64,000 bases of DNA from Candidatus Moraniibacteriota bacterium (GCA_052035095.1 JBPOHW010000001.1:44857-108856), one strand, 5' to 3'. Shown: positions 28,301-38,443, numbered from the stretch's first letter. Notes: generated by a model not told the origin, from the letters alone. Translations and numbers: made by a program.

Positions 28301-28887
28301 GTTTCGCGAGCAATGCGAATGAGTCCGGCATTGGCGATTATTTGATTTTCATAGTCGCCGTGCGGCTCAAGTTCCAAGAAAAAATTTCCTTTTCCGAAAA
28401 TATCCTCGTATTCAAGCGCCGCTTCAAGCGCTCGCTCGTCGCTTCCAGCGACAAGGAGCGAGGGTACTTCGCCGGTTACCGCCCCGGAAAGCGCGATGAT
28501 TCCTTCGTGATACTTTCGAAGGAGCGCCTTATCGACGCGCGCCTTGTAGTAGAACCCCTCGATATGCGCCGCCGAAATGATTTTGATGAGATTTTTGTAG
28601 CCAATTTCATTTTCCGCGAGAAGTACAAGTGTGCTTCGACGTCGGTCTTCGCTTGTGGCACGGCTATGCATATCCTTGGTGACATACATTTCCGCGCCGA
28701 TAATCGCTTTCATCCCACGCTCTTTCGCCTTGATGGAAAGCTCGATGGCACCATAGAGCGCCGTGTAATCGGTGAGGGCGAGCGCGGTCATTCCGAGTTC
28801 TTTGGCACGGTCAAGCAGCCCGTCAATCGTGGCGGGCGCCGTAAGGAGGCTATAGTGCGAATGAACATGAAGGTGCGCGAATGGCAT
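25318..28887 (-). CDS. dnaE: DNA polymerase III alpha subunit
   Basis: PHP domain start MPFAHLHVHSHYSLL, palm and fingers motifs, about 1190 aa. The C-terminal tail contains low-complexity sequence encoded by ctggtttg and gaatgaagaattagg repeats. The ORF extends to a TTG at 28893. Confidence 0.9.
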   Translation of the reverse strand: MPFAHLHVHSHYSLLTAPATIDGLLDRAKELGMTALALTDYTALYGAIELSIKAKERGMKAIIGAEMYVTKDMHSRATSEDRRRSTLVLLAENEIGYKNLIKIISAAHIEGFYYKARVDKALLRKYHEGIIALSGAVTGEVPSLLVAGSDERALEAALEYEDIFGKGNFFLELEPHGDYENQIIANAGLIRIARETGIPLVAANDVHYVRPEDSEIQDILFCIQNNWKVTDENRLSLRHLDLSLRTPEEVKSFFADVPEAIENAGKIADRCDVHIKLGETQLPHFDVPEGKTPENYLRELCEAGLAGRFGTSITEEHRTRMEYELGVIEKTGFASYFLIVQDFVNWAKQQGIVVGPGRGSAAGSFVAYLTGITNIDPIRYHLLFERFLNPERISMPDVDMDFADDRRDDVLNYVRETYGADHVAQIITFGTMAARAAIRDAGRALGFSYGLCDTVAKLIPQFHSIKKALAEAPDFKALYEKDADAKRLIDVAQKIEGLARHASMHACGVVITKDPVTEYTPIQNISGSKEGIVTQYSSSTKSSYIEKIGLLKMDFLGLKNLTIIQDTLRILRATKRLAPFAASLGLDPENASTADIIDRLPLEDEKTFQLLQAAHTTGVFQLESSGMKKHLKNLKPTVLEDIIAMVALYRPGPMEWIPDFIDGKHGRKRVEYLHPKLEPILATTYGVAVYQEQVMRIAQDLAGFTLGEADVLRKAMGKKILEMIKEQKKKFVEGCVRHDISKTVAEKVFAFIEPFAGYGFNRSHAACYGLIGYQTAFLKAHFPTAFMAALLTSDQSNSDRVSIEVAEARDMGIEVLPPSVNESFEEFAVIVGDDGVERIRFGLNAVKNVGTTVTETIVRERKLGGKFKDLTDFIERVRTKDLNKKSIEALAKVGAFDAFGERKSFLESIDTILLFAKNSERTKETHAMSLFRDMPIEKSAIRLTETSPATKHEKLMWEKELLGLYVSDHPTSDYREYLEQVAVPIHEVEKRPEGASTQIGGVISALRKAYTKDQKTMYFATIEDTTGRIEAVVFPRVAEQTEHLWVAEHLVVVGGKISLKDGTPKIIVERVERLSEKEVETWQRALLTRQKFEGEKELGMKNEELGRVELRSTDNQQTSKPANQITITLDDTATEKTIERLAEILKSFPQGTSRIFIRLRGKTIETSFSIEPKPESIEMLKNNFQIETR

Positions 28888-29078
28888 ACACAATATGAGC
28901 TACCAACTCCTCACTACTCACTACCGACTCCTCATTACTGTACCGCACTCGAAGAGGAGAGGGAAGCCTTGACAAAGTTCAGTATTTTTTCGTTTCTTGG
29001 GATAAATTTGCCAAAAGTCAAAAAAGCTGATAGAGTGGCGATAGTGTTTTGCACTCTTCCGTTTATCTCTTTACCTTT

Positions 29079-29306
29079 ATGTCGGTACCGAAACAACACC
29101 ATTCGAAGGCTCGGCAAGCGCGCGGTCGCGTTCGTTATGTCAAAACGGTGAAAAATTCCGTTGCCTGTCCCAAATGCGGCGCGAGTATCGCGGCGCATCG
29201 CGCCTGTCCAAAATGCGGTTTCTACAAAAATCGCGAGTATGTGAATACGTTGAAAAAGTCAGCGCTTCCCAAACAGTCAAAAACCGAGAAGAAGGGGGAG
29301 AAATAG
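29079..29306 (+). CDS. rpmF: 50S ribosomal protein L32
   Basis: MSVPKQHHSKARQARGRVRY...CPKCGA...CPKCG zinc-ribbon L32 pattern. Confidence 0.8.
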   Translation: MSVPKQHHSKARQARGRVRYVKTVKNSVACPKCGASIAAHRACPKCGFYKNREYVNTLKKSALPKQSKTEKKGEK

Positions 29307-29324
29307 TTTGTTCTTACCTGAATT

Positions 29325-29861
29325 ATGGCAAATCGGCACCTTCAGCGGTCCGTGGCAATGCAGTCTCTTTTTGAATGGGATTTCCGAACGGCGAGCGAAG
29401 CGGAAATGCCTGAGATTGTTCGTCGAAATCTAGGGGAGTTCGCGCCCGGGCTTGAGGATGCGTCTTTTACCCGTGTTCTCGTTGAAGGAACGCTGTTGCA
29501 TCGGTCAGTCATCGACCAATTGATCCAAAAGTGCGCGCCCGAGTGGCCACTTGACCAAGTAACCGTCATTGACCGCAATATTTTGCGGCTCGGTATTTTT
29601 GAGCTCCTCTACGGCAATTACGATGAAGTGCCGCCCAAAGTGGCGATCAACGAGTCCATTGAGCTTTCCAAAACCTTCGGAAGCGACAGCTCGCCCCGAT
29701 TCATCAATGGCGTCCTGGGAACCATCTATCGCGAGATGGGTGAGCCGATGAAGGATGATTCGAGCGAAAAACGCCGCGCCGCGTTGAAATTGAAAGAACT
29801 TGAAGAGCATCCGACGGAAGTGCAGACCGAGCCGATGAGCACGACGAATAATGATAAATGA
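29325..29861 (+). CDS. nusB: transcription antitermination factor NusB
   Basis: ...[13 protein letters not shown]... and ...[12 protein letters not shown]... are NusB signatures. Confidence 0.8.
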   Translation: MANRHLQRSVAMQSLFEWDFRTASEAEMPEIVRRNLGEFAPGLEDASFTRVLVEGTLLHRSVIDQLIQKCAPEWPLDQVTVIDRNILRLGIFELLYGNYDEVPPKVAINESIELSKTFGSDSSPRFINGVLGTIYREMGEPMKDDSSEKRRAALKLKELEEHPTEVQTEPMSTTNNDK

Positions 29862-30022
29862 CAAATGGTAAATTTCAAAATAATTTCAGAATTTCAAAAT
29901 TCAAAAATTATTTTATCATTTGAAATTTATCATTTAAAATTTTAACTTCCTTCCCCGCATAAGCTGAGGCATTCTCTCTTCTTTTTTTTGAGTGTCTTGC
30001 TTTTTTTGGGAAGCGTTTCCGT

Positions 30023-30715
30023 ATGAAAGAATTTGACAGCGCGGAAATTTCCCGCATCCTGGGCGTTTCATTCAACAATGTCGAGTATTTTCAGTCCGCG
30101 TTTACTCACCGATCGTATCTCAATGAGCACCGAAACTATCCGCTCGAACACAATGAGCGCCTTGAGTTTTTGGGGGACGCGGTTCTCGAGCTCGTGGTAA
30201 CGGAATATTTGTATCATCACTATCCCAATCCCGAAGGGGAGCTTACAAGCTGGCGCGCAGCGCTCGTCAATGGCGAGATGCTCTCGCGCGTCGGCGCCGA
30301 ACTCGACATCGAGCCCTTTCTTCTGATGAGTCGGGGCGAAGCGAAAGACACCGGGCGATCACGACAGTATCTCGTGGCGAACGCGATGGAGGCGATTATT
30401 GGCGCGCTCTATCTCGATCAGGGGTACGAAGCGGCAAAGGCGTTCATTCTTCGCGTTGTCGTCAGGCATCTTCCCGAGGTCTTCGAGCAAAAACTCTACG
30501 CGGATCCGAAAAGTCGATTCCAGGAAGAGGCGCAGACGCGACTCAGTATCACGCCGTCTTATCGCGTCCTTTCCGAGTTTGGTCCCGATCACGACAAACG
30601 ATTTACCGCCGGCGCGTACCTTGGAGATGACCTCGTCGCCGAGGGTGAAGGCGCCTCCAAGCAGGAGGCTCAGCGCGAATCCGCGAAAAATGCTTTGGAG
30701 AAAAAGGGGTGGTAA
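30023..30715 (+). CDS. rnc: ribonuclease III
   Basis: RNase III signature ERLEFLGDAVLELVVTEYLY, plus a dsRBD at the C-terminus. Confidence 0.9.
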   Translation: MKEFDSAEISRILGVSFNNVEYFQSAFTHRSYLNEHRNYPLEHNERLEFLGDAVLELVVTEYLYHHYPNPEGELTSWRAALVNGEMLSRVGAELDIEPFLLMSRGEAKDTGRSRQYLVANAMEAIIGALYLDQGYEAAKAFILRVVVRHLPEVFEQKLYADPKSRFQEEAQTRLSITPSYRVLSEFGPDHDKRFTAGAYLGDDLVAEGEGASKQEAQRESAKNALEKKGW

Positions 30716-30775
30716 GAAAAAATGCAGAATGAAAAATTCAAAATTGAAAATGAAAAGATACGGAAAATGCACTCT

Positions 30776-32011
30776 ATGAAACACTCGCAACTTTTCACGA
30801 AAACTCGAAAGGAGAATCCGGCGGATGAGGTGAGTCGGAACGCGCAACTCCTCATTCGCGCCAGCTTCATTCACAAAGAAATGGCGGGGGTGTATACGTT
30901 TTTGCCGCTTGGACTTCGCGTGCTTCAGAAAATTGAAAATATCATTCGTGAAGAAATGAATCGAATAGGCGGGCAAGAAGTCTTTTTGACCGCACTTCAG
31001 AATCCGGAACTCTGGCAAACAACTGATCGTTGGAGCGATGATGTAGTCGATAATTGGTTTAAGACCACACTCAAAAACGGTACGGAACTTGGTCTTGGTT
31101 TCACGCACGAAGAAGCAATCACAGCGATGATGAAACAACATATCGCATCCTATCGCGACCTCCCCGTGTACGCGTACCAGATACAAACAAAATTCAGAAA
31201 TGAAGAACGCGCCAAAAGTGGCATTATGCGCGGACGAGAATTTCTCATGAAAGATCTCTATTCGTTTAATGCGACACAGGAAGAGTTGGATACGTTCTAC
31301 GAGCGGTGTGCCGAAGCATATATAAAAATATTCTCTCGAGTTGGTATTGGCGCGCGCACGTTCAAGACGTTTGCGAGCGGTGGCGTCTTTTCGAAATATA
31401 GCCACGAATTCCAAACCGTGAGCGACGCCGGCGAGGATACAATCTATCTGTCTCGTAAAAAGGGCATTGCCATAAACGAAGAAGTCTATACCGATGAAGT
31501 ACTTGCCGATCTCGGTCTCCAAAAGGAGGAACTCGAGAGGGTAACCTCGATTGAAGTTGGGAATATTTTCAAACTTGGCACGCGATTTTCGGAAGCGCTT
31601 GGATTGACTTATAAGGACGAAAACGGGACGGCGAGGCCGGTTATTATGGGAAGCTATGGCATTGGCCCCTCGCGACTTCTGGGAACGATTGTCGAAGTTC
31701 TTTCCGACGAAAAGGGAATCGTGTGGCCCGAAAGTGTCGCGCCGTTTCAGGTGCATCTCCTCTCGCTCGGGGCAGACACGGAGGCAAATGAATGGTATGA
31801 AAAATTGCAAACGGCCGGTATCGAAACACTCTTTGATGATCGCGACACGAGCGCCGGGGAAAAATTCGGCGACAGCGATCTCCTCGGCATCCCATATCGC
31901 CTCGTTATCTCCAAACGTTCTCTTGGAAAAGGCGGCGCGGAAGTGAAACGACGAACGGAAAGCGAATCGAAAATTATGTCTTTTGAAGAAGTGATGAATT
32001 TTTTGAGTTAA
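30776..32011 (+). CDS. proS: prolyl-tRNA synthetase (short form without editing domain)
   Basis: Class II motifs FRNEERAKSGIMRGREFLMKDLYSF and GSYGIGPSR, plus an anticodon-binding domain. Upstream in-frame codons 30722-30775 (MQNEKFKIENEKIRK) derive from the aaattcaaaatt repeat, so the start is placed at 30776. Confidence 0.85.
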   Translation: MKHSQLFTKTRKENPADEVSRNAQLLIRASFIHKEMAGVYTFLPLGLRVLQKIENIIREEMNRIGGQEVFLTALQNPELWQTTDRWSDDVVDNWFKTTLKNGTELGLGFTHEEAITAMMKQHIASYRDLPVYAYQIQTKFRNEERAKSGIMRGREFLMKDLYSFNATQEELDTFYERCAEAYIKIFSRVGIGARTFKTFASGGVFSKYSHEFQTVSDAGEDTIYLSRKKGIAINEEVYTDEVLADLGLQKEELERVTSIEVGNIFKLGTRFSEALGLTYKDENGTARPVIMGSYGIGPSRLLGTIVEVLSDEKGIVWPESVAPFQVHLLSLGADTEANEWYEKLQTAGIETLFDDRDTSAGEKFGDSDLLGIPYRLVISKRSLGKGGAEVKRRTESESKIMSFEEVMNFLS

Positions 32012-32016
32012 ATGCC

Positions 32017-32718
32017 GTGAAACATGACGCTTCAAAACGATTTCTCATTTCGGTCGGCGGATCGCTGGTGGTGCCAAGTGGGATTGATACCGATTTTGTG
32101 GGGCGATTTCACGACGGCATTGTCTCTCGCGTGCGGGAAGGGTATTCGTTTGTACTCGTTGTGGGCGGCGGTAAGACGGCGCGCAACTATATCGATGCGG
32201 CATCAAAAATTCATACGATCGAAAACGATGACCAAGACTGGCTCGGCATTCACGCGACGCGCATGAACGCGCATTTTCTTCGCACGATTTTTCGCGAGTG
32301 GGCGCATCCCAAGATCAATACCAATCCGCATGACCTCGATGATTTCTACCAAATAAAAGAGCCGATCATGGTAGCCAGCGGGTGGCGCCCGGGATTTTCA
32401 ACCGACTATATCGCGACCGTCCTTGCGAAATATCTTGATTTCAAAACGATCATCAACCTCTCCAATACAGACGGCGTCTATGAGGCGGATCCGAAACAGA
32501 ATCCGTCAGCGAAGCGGTATGGTCACCTCTCATGGACGGAATTTCGCGCGCTGGTCGGTGATACCTGGAGCCCGGGTATGAACGTGCCGTTTGATCCGGT
32601 TGCCTCGAAACTCGCAGAAGAAGAAAATTTTACCGTCGTCGTCATGAATGGCGCCGATACCGAAAATCTCGAACGATATTTTCTGGGAAAGGATTTTGTA
32701 GGAACGACGATTCAATGA
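32017..32718 (+). CDS. pyrH: UMP kinase, archaeal-type
   Basis: GTG start. VVGGGKTARNYI, GIHATRMNA and TNVDGVYEADPKQNP match the amino-acid-kinase-fold UMP kinase. Confidence 0.75.
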   Translation: MKHDASKRFLISVGGSLVVPSGIDTDFVGRFHDGIVSRVREGYSFVLVVGGGKTARNYIDAASKIHTIENDDQDWLGIHATRMNAHFLRTIFREWAHPKINTNPHDLDDFYQIKEPIMVASGWRPGFSTDYIATVLAKYLDFKTIINLSNTDGVYEADPKQNPSAKRYGHLSWTEFRALVGDTWSPGMNVPFDPVASKLAEEENFTVVVMNGADTENLERYFLGKDFVGTTIQ

Positions 32719-32721
32719 TAT

Positions 32722-33828
32722 ATGCGTATTGCCATTCAGGCGGCGGATCTTGACGCGGGGCGGATCGATGGGACGAGAGTGTATCTTTTGCGACTCCTCG
32801 AGCGATTTGGGACGGCATTTCCCGAACATGCGTGGCACCTCTATCATCGCCGTAGCTTCAATCCGGATCTTGCGCCGCCCACACTTCCAAACTATACGGT
32901 TCACACGGTGCCATTTCCGTTCTTCTGGACGCAGACACGGTTTTCTCTGGAGATCCTCCGACAGAAACCCGAGCGTGTTTTTATGCCCGTTCAGGCGCTT
33001 CCGTTTTTTGCGCCGCGAAAAACCGAATCCATCGTCACCATCCACGATCTCGCGTTCAAAATTTTTCCGGAGCATTTCCCGTCGCGCGACCTCCGGCGAC
33101 TCAATTGGTTTACGAATTTTGCCATCCGAAACGCGAGTCGGCTCATCGCTGTTTCGGAAGCGACCAAGCGGGATATTTTGAAATTTTATCCTACAGTGAA
33201 CGAAGAAAAAATTCGCGTGATTCATCACGGCTTCGATGTGTCGCCAATCATATCCGAACGAGAAACGGAAGAAGCTTTGAAAAAATTCAATCTTGTTTCC
33301 GGTGAATATATTTTGTATGTCGGCGCGCTTCAACCGCGAAAAAATCTCACGCGTCTTATGGAGGCGTTTGGATCACTCACTCGAAAGTATCCGTCGGCAA
33401 AACTCGTCCTCGCGGGAGAAGCGGCCTGGATGAGTGAGGAAATTGTTCACGCGCGCGCGACGCATCCATATCGAGACCGTATCGTGCTCGCGGGTCGCGT
33501 ATCATTTACTGACCGCGCGCGTCTCTACCATGGCGCGCGAATATTTGTGTTTCCGTCGCTTTATGAGGGATTCGGACTCCCGATTCTTGAAGCTTTTGCG
33601 GCGGGTGTTCCCGTCCTCTGCGCGAACAATTCCAGTCTTCCGGAAGTCGCGGGCGACGCCGCGCGATTGTTTGACGCGACGAAAACCGATGAACTCGCGC
33701 AAAACCTTCTCGAACTGTGGGAGAATGAAACGGAACGAACATCTCTCATTGGGAGAGGGAAAGAACAACTCAAAAAATTTTCATGGGATATCTGTGCTCG
33801 CAAAACCGCCGAGTGGATACTTCAGTGA
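32722..33828 (+). CDS. glycosyltransferase family 4
   Basis: ...FVFPSLYEGFGLPILEAFAAGVPVLCANNSSLPEV... GT1 domain. Confidence 0.8.
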   Translation: MRIAIQAADLDAGRIDGTRVYLLRLLERFGTAFPEHAWHLYHRRSFNPDLAPPTLPNYTVHTVPFPFFWTQTRFSLEILRQKPERVFMPVQALPFFAPRKTESIVTIHDLAFKIFPEHFPSRDLRRLNWFTNFAIRNASRLIAVSEATKRDILKFYPTVNEEKIRVIHHGFDVSPIISERETEEALKKFNLVSGEYILYVGALQPRKNLTRLMEAFGSLTRKYPSAKLVLAGEAAWMSEEIVHARATHPYRDRIVLAGRVSFTDRARLYHGARIFVFPSLYEGFGLPILEAFAAGVPVLCANNSSLPEVAGDAARLFDATKTDELAQNLLELWENETERTSLIGRGKEQLKKFSWDICARKTAEWILQ

Positions 33829-34271
33829 GAAACTTTCCCGCCATCATCTTCCCATATGAAAAATAGCCAAAGAAGCGGGAAGGTAAGAAGAATGATGCTT
33901 ATTACAATACTCGGATGAAATCCGAGGAGTGAATTGCCGAGGAGGAAGAGTATCCAGAAGGAAAAGAGTCCCAAGAAAAATCGTTTCTTCTTTGGGGAAT
34001 ACCCCGAGGAACTGTTTTTTAATTCCGGAAGTGCTCGGGAAAGAGCTCGCTCCGCCACGAGAAGGATGGCGATTCCCAAAATAAAGAAAAGAACGCCGGT
34101 ACGGAGTGAAATCGTCCCCGGAAGAATACTCTCGAGCGAGAGAAGCGCGGCAAGCGCCACAAGCGACAAAACAAGCGCCTCATACAGAAGGCGTGCAGTT
34201 ACGAATCGCGCCTCTTTTGTCTGTAAGAGAGCTCGAAGAGAAGTGCAGTATTTTAATACAGGTAATTTCAT
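33822..34271 (-). CDS. membrane protein (hypothetical)
   Basis: Four TM segments. 149 aa. Confidence 0.45.
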   Translation of the reverse strand: MKLPVLKYCTSLRALLQTKEARFVTARLLYEALVLSLVALAALLSLESILPGTISLRTGVLFFILGIAILLVAERALSRALPELKNSSSGYSPKKKRFFLGLFSFWILFLLGNSLLGFHPSIVISIILLTFPLLWLFFIWEDDGGKVSH

Positions 34272-34279
34272 AGAATATG

Positions 34280-35617
34280 TCAGGATTCGGGAATATACCT
34301 CGAAAGTATTCGTTCCTTCAGTTTGGAAAGCATTCGAAATAACGAATCTTTACTCACGGATGTTTCAAAAGAAACGTCAAGCCTTCGAATATCGGTATCG
34401 GCGGGAACGTCAATTGAAAATTCATAGGTATCACCGTGAAACTCGCGGAGCGCCGCGAGCGGGATGGAGCATTCGAGGTAATACGAAGAAAGCGGAGAAA
34501 AACCCTCTTCCAACACGCATGAAGCTCTCGTTTGAAGCGACTCCGAGGAAACAAGGATCGGATGTCGATTGCCGAGCCATGCGTGAAGAATAGTTTCTCC
34601 TCGAATCTCTCGTTTTTTTCCTTCCTCGATGAGGAAGTACCGATTTTCTCTTGTGTCAAGCAACACGGTTCCATCCGGATGCGGCACGGATACATCGACG
34701 AATTTTCCTTTCGGCACGAGGCTGATTTCTTCGTCGTTTGCCGGACGAACATCGTCCCAGGAGTATCCGAGCGAAAGAAAAATGTCAACGCCGAGTATGG
34801 GTCGCGGAGACTCACCGTCCATCAGGAAAACGCCGTCGCCCCACGAAAGGAGCGAGCCGCTCGGGTAGCCGCGCCATTCATCTGAAACCGTTCGCGCGCG
34901 GATAAATGAAACGTCTCTCGGGAGCGCCCAGTTTTCCGGAAATCGAGCAAGAAACGATTCGCGACTCACAAAAGGGATGAGTTTGCCGTTTCGCCACTCG
35001 TAAAAAATACCGTCCGAATGAATAAATGACCCACTCGGCGGTTCATCGCCGGAAAATTCGACTGATCCGCCGTCTCGATGGAGAAGTAGCTCCTCGGATG
35101 AAGCGACAAGAAACACATTCGGATCGAACCCAAGAGACCTGACCGCATCTTCGGACGGGAAACGTTTTCTTGTTCCATTTGGGGCGATTTGAAAATAGTC
35201 TCCTCCGAATCGAAGGAGTGATCCCTTTGGAAAAGGAGCAAGGCTTCCTTCGGGATAGAGAAATGCCTTTTGTGAGCGCCGAATCGAGACACTTCCGCTT
35301 TCGAGCGCGCGCACCGAATCATCTCCCGAAACACCTATGATCGCGTTTGAGAAGTCCCCGAATATCGAGGCGTCAACAATAAGCATTTCGCTTTCGGCAA
35401 GTCGCCCGTTCCCGCGCGGGTCACCCGTATCGGTTCTCGGACTTTGGAGCGTGTTTCGTTCCGCTTTTGAGTTTTCAAAGTCGAAGACAAAATCGAATGA
35501 GGGAAAGAAGAGAGAAAAGGCAAACGTGAACATTCCAAAAAAGAAAATGGACCAAAGGATGACACGTCCCGTAATAAAAACAATATTCCAAAGTTTTGGT
35601 AGGGAGGAAGAGCTCAT
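34280..35617 (-). CDS. membrane-anchored extracytoplasmic protein (hypothetical)
   Basis: N-terminal TM then a 400-aa domain with no recognisable motifs. Its stop abuts the next gene's start. Confidence 0.5.
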   Translation of the reverse strand: MSSSSLPKLWNIVFITGRVILWSIFFFGMFTFAFSLFFPSFDFVFDFENSKAERNTLQSPRTDTGDPRGNGRLAESEMLIVDASIFGDFSNAIIGVSGDDSVRALESGSVSIRRSQKAFLYPEGSLAPFPKGSLLRFGGDYFQIAPNGTRKRFPSEDAVRSLGFDPNVFLVASSEELLLHRDGGSVEFSGDEPPSGSFIHSDGIFYEWRNGKLIPFVSRESFLARFPENWALPRDVSFIRARTVSDEWRGYPSGSLLSWGDGVFLMDGESPRPILGVDIFLSLGYSWDDVRPANDEEISLVPKGKFVDVSVPHPDGTVLLDTRENRYFLIEEGKKREIRGETILHAWLGNRHPILVSSESLQTRASCVLEEGFSPLSSYYLECSIPLAALREFHGDTYEFSIDVPADTDIRRLDVSFETSVSKDSLFRMLSKLKERILSRYIPES

Positions 35618-35641
35618 GGGGAGAGAATGAGGAATGAAGAA

Positions 35642-37531
35642 TTAAGAATGAGGAATGGAGGAGGAGAGAGGGAGGATGCGAAAGATAGCTCCGTGAACAG
35701 TTTCGGCTTTTTGGGTGGGGAGGCGAGAGGGATCGGTTTCGCGAGAAAGGATAGAAGTGCGGAGCGTATAAGAAGATGCTGCTTCGAGAAGATATCGATC
35801 CTTGAACGTATCACGATAGCGTGCCTCATCGCCGTTTCGCGCGATGAGGTAGATATTCTCAAAGCGAGATTGATCGATTCGGTCGAGGTCGTCGGGATTG
35901 AAAAAGTATACCGCGTTTTTGCCGAAAAGCGTACTCATGGAGTCGGCGATCATAGAATAGGGATCGCCAGACGCCATCCGGTCAACGAGGACGAGATCGC
36001 GATCGGAAAATATCTCGGAAAGTTTCTCGACATCTTCAAGGAGATTTGGATTTTCGGAAAAGGAAAGCGTGGGAAGAGTGGCCGGGAAAGAGGGAAGAAT
36101 GAGGAGTGATGAAAAAACCAGTGAAAATATCGTTGGGCGAAACAGTATTTTTCCGGGGTATTTCTCGGAAAAAACTTTCTGGAGATGCGCCACTGCAAAT
36201 ATCGCGAGAATGATGACGGTCGGCCAGAGGGAGAAAATGAAACGACGCAAAAGCCATGGGTGATCGCTGGAAATATGAGTATTTACCAGATAGATGAATG
36301 TCGGGAACGCAAGAAAAAACGGGGTAAGAGAAAGAGAATGTCGCTTTCGAAAAAGGGTAACTCCTCCTAGCAGAGCGAGCGCGAAAACCGAGATCATCCC
36401 GTAAGTCCACAATATTTCAATGTTTCTGAAAAGTGTGGAAAAAATGGATACGCTCGCTGATATGTTCCCGGAAGGAGAGAGGGAATTGACGAGTGCCTTC
36501 CCAACCGTTCGATAGAAAGGGAGACTGACCCAAAGGCTGACGGCAAAGAATATTCCGGAAAGAGTAACGGCGGGAAGCGTCGCGGAGAGAAACTTGGTTT
36601 TGAGAAACGCTCGAGAATCCGTTCGAAAAATCGCCAAGAGAAAAAAGACAGCGAGAACAAAAAATCCCTCAATGCGCGTCAGAAACAAGAAAATTCCGCT
36701 GAATACGGTCAAGAACCATGAAAGGCGCAACGGGCGCTGAAGAAAGGATATCGCGTGATATGAAACCAAGAGAAAAAGAAACACCGCGAGGTTTTCACTC
36801 AAAACATTGCGTGAGAGCCAAAGAATCGGAAAGGAGAGCGCGGCGATTGAAACGCCGCTTCCGGCAAAGGGAAGGGGAAGGAAGCGGCGAAGCAAGAGAA
36901 AAAGCGCGAGCAGAGTGAGAAAAAAAGTCACGGCATTGGCGATGGAGATACCGGCGATCTCAAAGAGAGAAATATGCGCTCCAAGCCATGTGATATATCC
37001 CAAGGGAAATTGCGTCACCAGTTGCCCGGTTTTTGTGTAGAAAAATCCGGGAATGTTAAGCGATCGCCCCTCACCGTATATATCGAAGAATTCTTCCGAC
37101 GCGGAGGGAATGCTTGAAACAATCGAATGATCCTGTGCGAGACGCAGTGCCGCTCCCGCGTAGGATCCCTGATCGCGTCCCGAAAAAATCGAGGGCGACG
37201 ATGAAAATAAAAGAATTGCGGCAAACGCAAAAAGAACCGCGCCAACGCGAATAAGCTCTCGTGATGGGCGAAGCTTCCAGAGGAGTGCTATCGTACCAAG
37301 CACGCTTCCGGCAAAAAGGATCCCAATGAATAGCGGCGTAAAGAAACCGGTGATCGCCACAATATACGACCCAAAAAGAAAAGAAATAAACGCAATCGAA
37401 AAGCGATCAAAAATCGTCCGATCACGATCCTCTAACTCGGAATTCTCGGATTTTTCCATATCGATCGAGCCCATACTCGCATTATATCCCGAGACCCCGT
37501 CAGAGGGAAGAAGGGGAGTGGGGCTAGACAA
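35642..37531 (-). CDS. GT-C fold membrane glycosyltransferase (ArnT/PMT, GT39/GT83-like)
   Basis: About 12 TM segments. First periplasmic loop ...SGRDQGSYAGAALRLAQ... resembles the DE/DQ loop of ArnT/PMT. The C-terminal tail is encoded by the gaatgaagaattaag repeat. Confidence 0.6.
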   Translation of the reverse strand: MSSPTPLLPSDGVSGYNASMGSIDMEKSENSELEDRDRTIFDRFSIAFISFLFGSYIVAITGFFTPLFIGILFAGSVLGTIALLWKLRPSRELIRVGAVLFAFAAILLFSSSPSIFSGRDQGSYAGAALRLAQDHSIVSSIPSASEEFFDIYGEGRSLNIPGFFYTKTGQLVTQFPLGYITWLGAHISLFEIAGISIANAVTFFLTLLALFLLLRRFLPLPFAGSGVSIAALSFPILWLSRNVLSENLAVFLFLLVSYHAISFLQRPLRLSWFLTVFSGIFLFLTRIEGFFVLAVFFLLAIFRTDSRAFLKTKFLSATLPAVTLSGIFFAVSLWVSLPFYRTVGKALVNSLSPSGNISASVSIFSTLFRNIEILWTYGMISVFALALLGGVTLFRKRHSLSLTPFFLAFPTFIYLVNTHISSDHPWLLRRFIFSLWPTVIILAIFAVAHLQKVFSEKYPGKILFRPTIFSLVFSSLLILPSFPATLPTLSFSENPNLLEDVEKLSEIFSDRDLVLVDRMASGDPYSMIADSMSTLFGKNAVYFFNPDDLDRIDQSRFENIYLIARNGDEARYRDTFKDRYLLEAASSYTLRTSILSRETDPSRLPTQKAETVHGAIFRILPLSSSIPHS

Positions 37532-37614
37532 ATATGGTTTCTTGTGATAAGTTTTTAGGGCTGTAACTTACCAATTCATTCGTTTTCATTTACTGAAAAC
37601 CCGAGGTACTCGAT

Positions 37615-37881
37615 ATGAAAAAGATCGATAATGCCACGAAGTCAGTGTTGGTAGAGTTGTGGGAAGAGGTGGAAATCCCCTTCTTTTCCATACTCTTGTC
37701 CTCCGTTTCTGCGTGCAGTGGCTATTTTATAGGCGGAAAGATTTTTGGATTCGGATGGACGGGAATGTTCGCTATCGGCATTGCCTCCCTTGCCATTTTT
37801 CTTTTTCTCCTCATTGTCATAATGACAAGGATGACAAACTTTGAAAAATCACATCCTTTGAGGCAGGAGAACTTCCAATGA
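37615..37881 (+). CDS. small membrane protein (hypothetical)
   Basis: 88 aa, two TM segments. Its stop overlaps the next start (atga). Confidence 0.4.
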   Translation: MKKIDNATKSVLVELWEEVEIPFFSILLSSVSACSGYFIGGKIFGFGWTGMFAIGIASLAIFLFLLIVIMTRMTNFEKSHPLRQENFQ

Positions 37882-38426
37882 CAACGCTTGCTCGTGAAGA
37901 CCTTGATAAAGAAAAAACCAGCAGTAGTGGCGATGATGTCGAGAGCTTCCGTACACAAGGGTACGAGGATATTGATCCCTACTGCTACTATAGAGTGCGG
38001 GATAGAACCATGCTTGTTGGAAATGCACTCTTTGAAGATCTGTTTGAGGATCTGAGAGATATGGAGTTTCTCTCAATAGAGGACTACTTCTTGTCTTTGG
38101 ATGAAAATTCTCCGGAAGATAAGAAAAAAAATTCGGAGATCCTACTGGTCCAATGTGCTTTCCACATAGTCCGCGGCGGAAATGTTGCCTGTAAGGTTAC
38201 CCAAGTTCAAGGAGGATACACATTCCACGTCCCAAGCAGGGAAGTTGCACGAGAAATTTCTCGAGTGCTCCCTAGACTCATTGAGGAGGTTAAAAATGGG
38301 TATAGTAGAGAGAGGGATAGCGTGTGGAAGCCGAAGAAATGGGAGATGCTTAAAGAGTTGCTTTTCTATGCGATTTGCTTCATCTCCCTTGTCCTTTTGG
38401 GATATATAACTAACCTAAATATTTAG
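37878..38426 (+). CDS. hypothetical protein with C-terminal TM anchor
   Basis: 182 aa: acidic N-terminus, C-terminal LLFYAICFISLVLLGYI TM. Translationally coupled to the upstream gene. Confidence 0.45.
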   Translation: MTTLAREDLDKEKTSSSGDDVESFRTQGYEDIDPYCYYRVRDRTMLVGNALFEDLFEDLRDMEFLSIEDYFLSLDENSPEDKKKNSEILLVQCAFHIVRGGNVACKVTQVQGGYTFHVPSREVAREISRVLPRLIEEVKNGYSRERDSVWKPKKWEMLKELLFYAICFISLVLLGYITNLNI

Positions 38427-38443
38427 TAGCTAATGATTTGATG

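Noticed and set aside
25741-29151. Plus-strand ORFs of 247 aa and 825 aa
   Set aside because: Antisense to dnaE (PHP and polymerase motifs are on the minus strand). Products are Arg/Gly-rich artefacts of GC-rich codons.
30359-32035. 558-aa minus-strand ORF
   Set aside because: Antisense to rnc and proS, which carry unambiguous motifs.
32530-33333. 267-aa minus-strand ORF
   Set aside because: Antisense to pyrH and the GT4 gene.
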